NCBI RefSeq assembly: GCF_000022265.1
Contig: NC_011979.1
Location: 3,810,001-3,842,000, forward strand
Reading direction: 5' to 3'
Source of the DNA: Geotalea daltonii FRC-32
GTDB taxonomy: Bacteria > Desulfobacterota > Desulfuromonadia > Geobacterales > Geobacteraceae
DNA length: 32,000 nucleotides
Part shown: positions 30,101 to 32,000 of the stretch, in pieces
Position numbering within the stretch: position 1 is the first letter of the stretch
Layout: every line of letters starts with the position of its first letter
Position numbers and translations under genes: made by a program
Notes under the pieces: model-generated
Told to the model about the DNA's origin: nothing
The model's input: the letters and a program-made list of their open reading frames with translations, nothing else
Databases searched by the model: none

Positions 30101-32000
30101 ACTAACGGCAGAACCGAAGCTGTTCGAAGCGGTTTGCATGATATTACCGGCCTCGGAGTATAGCTCGGCCTGGATCAGATAATTTCCAGACACTGCATTT
30201 TGCGGCATGACAAAGCTGACAGTCTGTGCAACATCGCCATCTGCCGCTAAACTCAGTGAAACTGTCGTATCGAATACTTTAGCGACATAGGGATCTAGTA
30301 CCCTTACATGGAGGAGTGGCGAGAGGTCTAACGACTGCTTGTTGTGAATGTTTACCGTAACAGGGACGGTTTCTCCAGACTTGTAAAGCGCCTGGTCAAC
30401 TTTGACAGTCATATCGGCAGAGGGGGTAATCATCATGGCAAGAGCGGGACTGAAGATGAACGTCTCACCAGGAGCGAGGGTACTGCCGATGCGGGCACTG
30501 AAATACCCTTCAGCACCTGCGGAAATGGTTACATCTCCAGGAGTTATGTCAGTAATTGCATAGGTTCCGCCTGCTAACGTCGCTGCTTTCAATGTTGTAT
30601 TTCCGGTTGCTGTCTCCATTACGGCACCGGCAAATGGTGCATCGGAGCCGGCATTCCTCACCACGCCCTGCACGGATGCTGAAACAGTGCCGGTGGATAG
30701 GACAATTGTTCCGGCATTGGTAGTCGCTCCAGCGGTAATGTAGGTCTTCAAGGTACGTGGAGTATAACCATCCAGGGCAACCGTTATCTGCTGCATTCCG
30801 TAATGAATGCCATTCAGGGCAAACGTACCGGTGCTGTTCGTCACAGTGCTAACTTTAGGATCGTTGGTCAAGGACAAGGCTACACCTGCAAGAGGTAGAG
30901 AAGTCACCGCATCAACCACCGTCCCGCTAATACCTCCGTTTGTCACCAATGGGGTGAGAGCAATATCCATGGTCTGGAGCCATGGCTGCTTCCCAACGGT
31001 GTAGGATTTGCCCACATATCCGACAGAGAAGGCCTTGACGGTTATCTCGGCATCGTTGATGTCGGCTATGGCATAGGTACCGGCAAAGTCGGTGCGGGAG
31101 GTCAGGTTGCCCGGTTGAACCATAACTTCCGCCCCCGGAATGGGCAACCCGCTCTTTGCATCGGTCACCTTGCCGGTCAGGGTCATCAAGAAAGACATCT
31201 CCAGGCGGATCGTGCCCAAATCTGTGGTAGTGCCGGCAGAAATCACCACCCGGAAGGTATGGCTGGCGAAACCATGCATACCCACGACCACCTGGTAGGT
31301 CCCCGGCTGCAGGTTGGCGATAGTAAAGTACCCGCCCCCTTCCGGTTCGACCGAAACCGACGTCCCTCCGGAGACGATCACCTGCACCCCAGTCTCTTCC
31401 GGCAGATGCCCGATGGGCCTACCCCAGAAGCTGTCCACCACTCGGCCCACCAGGGTGCCTGTTGTAGCCGTTGGTGGGGAGGTGCTCAAACGCGGAGAAA
31501 AGGTAAGCGTCGTTCGGGCGTAGACAGTGCCGGTGGAGGTCAAGGCTTGATAGCCTGCCTTCTCGGCAGTGATAGTGACATCGCCAGGGGTGACATAGGT
31601 AAAGGTGAAGCCTCCGTCGGCTCCGGTTGTGGCAGTGCCGCTCCAGGCCCCTGATACTGTGATTGCCACACCAGCCAGCGGCTTACCTGTGGGGTCGGTC
31701 ACGGTGCCGGCGATGGTACCGGTGGAATAAGCGGAAAGCAGGGAGATGGTTCCGAGGCTAGAGGTTGCCCCTGCAACAGCGGTTGTGGATGCGCTGTTTG
31801 CGGCATAGCCAGAGAGTGTAAAGGTCAGCTTCTGCGTACCTGTTGGTACATCGGCCAACGCAAAGCTGCCGGTGGCGTCGGTGGTTGCGGCAAAGAGGGT
31901 GTTGCCGTCAATCGCCACCGCTACGCCGCTCACCGGCCTCTTTGTCACCGCATCGATCACTGTGCCGGTAATTGTAGCACCAAGCGGCGGCGCCGGAGGC
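24146..32000 (-). CDS. Giant modular extracellular/cell-surface protein (adhesin- or S-layer-associated-like); 5' end lies outside the window
   Basis: The ORF is open from TAG (24146-24148) to the window edge. The track start at 31960 is an internal GTG, because the 13 upstream codons (..PPAPPLGATITGT) are in frame with no stop. At least 2617 aa are visible. The protein is made entirely of beta-sandwich-type modules (see findings), is Thr/Ala/Gly/Val/Ser-rich, and I count only three Cys. Confidence 0.85.
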   Translation of the reverse strand, partial: PPAPPLGATITGTVIDAVTKRPVSGVAVAIDGNTLFAATTDATGSFALADVPTGTQKLTFTLSGYAANSASTTAVAGATSSLGTISLLSAYSTGTIAGTVTDPTGKPLAGVAITVSGAWSGTATTGADGGFTFTYVTPGDVTITAEKAGYQALTSTGTVYARTTLTFSPRLSTSPPTATTGTLVGRVVDSFWGRPIGHLPEETGVQVIVSGGTSVSVEPEGGGYFTIANLQPGTYQVVVGMHGFASHTFRVVISAGTTTDLGTIRLEMSFLMTLTGKVTDAKSGLPIPGAEVMVQPGNLTSRTDFAGTYAIADINDAEITVKAFSVGYVGKSYTVGKQPWLQTMDIALTPLVTNGGISGTVVDAVTSLPLAGVALSLTNDPKVSTVTNSTGTFALNGIHYGMQQITVALDGYTPRTLKTYITAGATTNAGTIVLSTGTVSASVQGVVRNAGSDAPFAGAVMETATGNTTLKAATLAGGTYAITDITPGDVTISAGAEGYFSARIGSTLAPGETFIFSPALAMMITPSADMTVKVDQALYKSGETVPVTVNIHNKQSLDLSPLLHVRVLDPYVAKVFDTTVSLSLAADGDVAQTVSFVMPQNAVSGNYLIQAELYSEAGNIMQTASNSFGSAVSEVSISPTLPTTFSTTNTVTFNLTNTGTIPVSSGVLAVTLKDPDGQVAYSSSQALSLALAESKMLTYNVSTAVLKLGTYTLSYILSDETRTIKPVEVVLTNTVDINASFDKSTYRIREAGNLTVVITNTGKFSLDTGLTATVSIPDATYTETKFLPAGISASGTAVIYSFPVPETVNAGLHPATVTLRLPSGSEVTEKAFWAVPESSLTSTVAKTAYSAGNTITVVIANTGGIDTPVDYQASLYDAKATLIAEKSATEIAVAGSSIPLGLPIPVGAVDGTYTLNVQFKDGKTTVEKIVPYALSIAGIKASLQMQTDKEVYLATENITGLGAITNTGTPLQGGNVHLQVVTGPGSYKQKTWITQADFQTGVRNGVDTYGVNDWIIPDDDFDDDRIDTGKWVEDNYGTSKQQESTGVLIQSAGPGAGYASLVGNASSQLQGDFDVQVDFSLVNPSSGEFWALLRIEAANREFRVERKISYGQNVYSADYWNGSSWNHSPNLSTTDSSGKLRITRNGTTAIAYCWENGAWKQLWSTNIWDGPLNVRLWTTNNGYNNPVETHWDNFKISSGRIMTVNQTVDSARLLPLNDNFDDGVLNEDRWRSAGVYLPTEANGLMHQKSDGNGATSVFLKASLPGDFAAIEKYKNAKFTVVRSHPEGDIGHYLTAKTGPSSGFWLYETNIYPSKLPQLQANSYINSNWWASSVPPSNWVSGYFKLRRTGTSAYAEYWDGAMWSTYHLKSGMETGPATIRILTTNADTLLDESASVDVDAFYTENGVYASAGVVTLKQDSGAANTSWGKINFNTTQPTGTSIKFRTRTADTEAGLTTAIWSDYITASGSPITNPAARWIEVEATLATTDTNVTPLLNDLTVTYLADPGEVLWQTDVPVDLAPVAVADLNKTIGTLGVLGKLYFQGTLTSSTGQAVASAEYPFYIEQGNFQLLLSPDKKIYKPGETVTISGEVRNITSLAAALALQVKDNQGATLYTDTFDIAANGSRPFSFTTTAGSDGIYTLKGAVTQNSVIIADITEQYEASSPMVTAALTAPDSAGADPFQVSLVLTNSGKIEAVIAVAKSFDTTAETITIPAGETRSVQYTQQIAADTTYTFTITGDLSRTLTKTVAYTAPPIAASVTGKIVTDKIAYNPNDQANLTGTLTANTYMENLSLLVTITNSQGQALYTDTTSIPQLNQGQTTTINKYWNVGANPAATYLVTMQILNNTGTVITKSTCNLVIGSITKPTALLKGQVTLDKQSILTGEPVAVSYTVTNIGNTDLVNIPLSVQTINISDQTTYNPIPDTASLAMGQIHSGTGQIDTQNYGAKDYLVILRATIDGVEETLAGTYFRVEGAPSAPALVSPISGADVETLTPQLTVSNAADPNDDRLTYQFEVYTDSGLTNLAASGQAPETANMTIWTPAALIENQTYYWRSRAFDGKLYGPWMPAVSFRVNTINDPPTAPTVSAPADGTAVALSSPTLTINNSSDPDSTSLTYNFAVALDPEFTNIIASTPGVASGEATTSWTVPVTLQENGWYHWRAQADDWQMEGPWSQTVRFQVNTANDAPTTPVITAPLNGSTVAALTTHVVVTNSTDPDSSVITYFFEADTVPTFDSPNIVRSGSIPQGEGSTTWNLSGLSDNTRYYLRAKASDGAAESTWSETISFFANTVNDPPTTPTPANPSDGAGVNQYSPTLSVHNAADLDHDPLTYEFEVYADAALTSLVSRAAGVIETAAVTSWTVPVTLTENQTYYWRARAFDGYLTSDKWTQAMSFMVNTANDAPGAPKPALPAEGSSVSTPTPTLTIANAADPDSSIQGYDFEIYAGPTLAATVTGIPQDASGMTSVTLNTPLTDNTAYQWRARAFDGALYGAWSHMASFTVHLPVTSIGATIDFDPDTLNPKSNGTWVTVRIELPEGYNPSDIDIASIRLEGAISAELRPYAVGDCDKDGIKDLMVKFRRSEVINLLPSGDRVPVHVTGKVGSVVFEGVDLIRVMQ
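24485..26074 (-). repeat. Five tandem ~100-108-aa FN3-like coding repeats of the giant ORF
   Basis: Unit lengths are 108, 107, 107, 108 and 100 aa. The shared skeleton is P..G..V....PTL.V.N..DPD...LTY.FE.....F/L........W.V...L.EN..YYWRA.A.DG....W.....F.VNT.ND.P..P. Confidence 0.7.
27700..28965 (-). other. Low-GC cassette inside the giant ORF encoding two tandem ConA/LamG-like jelly-roll domains
   Basis: Hand counts of 60-nt lines give 35% (28021), 35% (28621), 40% (27841) and 45% (28441). Flanking lines give 57% (27361) and 62% (25441). The translation contains two paralogous ~190-aa units opening DDFDDDRIDTGKW and NDNFDDGVLNEDRW. Confidence 0.7.
30440..32000 (-). repeat. At least 6 tandem carboxypeptidase-regulatory-like (CarboxypepD_reg/transthyretin-like) coding repeats of the giant ORF
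   Basis: Units of about 80-90 aa recur with openings such as ITGTVIDAVTKRPVSGVAV, IAGTVTDPTGKPLAGVAI, LTGKVTDAKSGLPIPGAEV, ISGTVVDAVTSLPLAGVAL and VQGVVRNAGSDAPFAGAVM. Each is followed by a ..D..G.F.. and ..G.Y.. pattern. Boundaries are approximate. Confidence 0.6.

Noticed and set aside
24827-31654. Several plus-strand ORFs of 60-180 aa inside the giant gene (e.g. 24827-25273, 26540-26893, 28874-29341, 31115-31654)
   Set aside because: All are antisense to a continuous 7.8-kb frame with coherent repeated domain structure. Their translations are Gly/Arg/Pro-rich nonsense with no SD sequences.
24146-32000. Giant ORF as an RTX/T1SS adhesin, autotransporter or DGR target
   Set aside because: There are no GGxGxD nonapeptide arrays and no C-terminal beta-barrel. 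No reverse transcriptase or template repeat is present in the window. Only a single DxDxDG loop is present.

Overview
The window is about 55% GC, and its gene content points to an anaerobic Desulfuromonadales/Geobacter-type deltaproteobacterium. That assignment is inference from content only: rubrerythrin, a sigma-54-type promoter, and an HD-GYP signalling protein with a CXXCH sensor loop. No database search was possible. Bases 1-24100 hold tightly packed housekeeping operons. On the minus strand: rubrerythrin (truncated), a CDF transporter, recJ, then the conserved spoIID-like/queA/tgt/yajC/secD/secF/TPR block. On the plus strand: an HD-GYP phosphodiesterase, two Dpp/Opp-type ABC ATPases with no permease or binding protein, and a small ArsR regulator. 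On the minus strand again: pmbA, a GNAT, recN and nadK. On the plus strand: an overlapping glgP-rarA-pfkA operon. The last 7.9 kb (24146 to the window edge) is one open reading frame for a giant modular surface protein with at least 2617 aa visible and its N-terminus off-window. This is the only clearly accessory feature and my best candidate for something undescribed. It is a compositional mosaic: a ~1.26 kb segment of about 35-45% GC encodes two ConA/LamG-like domains and sits inside an otherwise 55-62% GC gene. Secondary curiosities are a 126-nt long-armed inverted-repeat element between nadK and recN, and a near-consensus sigma-54 promoter with a ~277-nt leader ahead of the heme-motif HD-GYP gene. 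I saw no tRNA, rRNA, CRISPR array, transposase, integrase or recognisable multi-gene defence system. Most extra ORFs in the track are antisense shadow frames of real genes.
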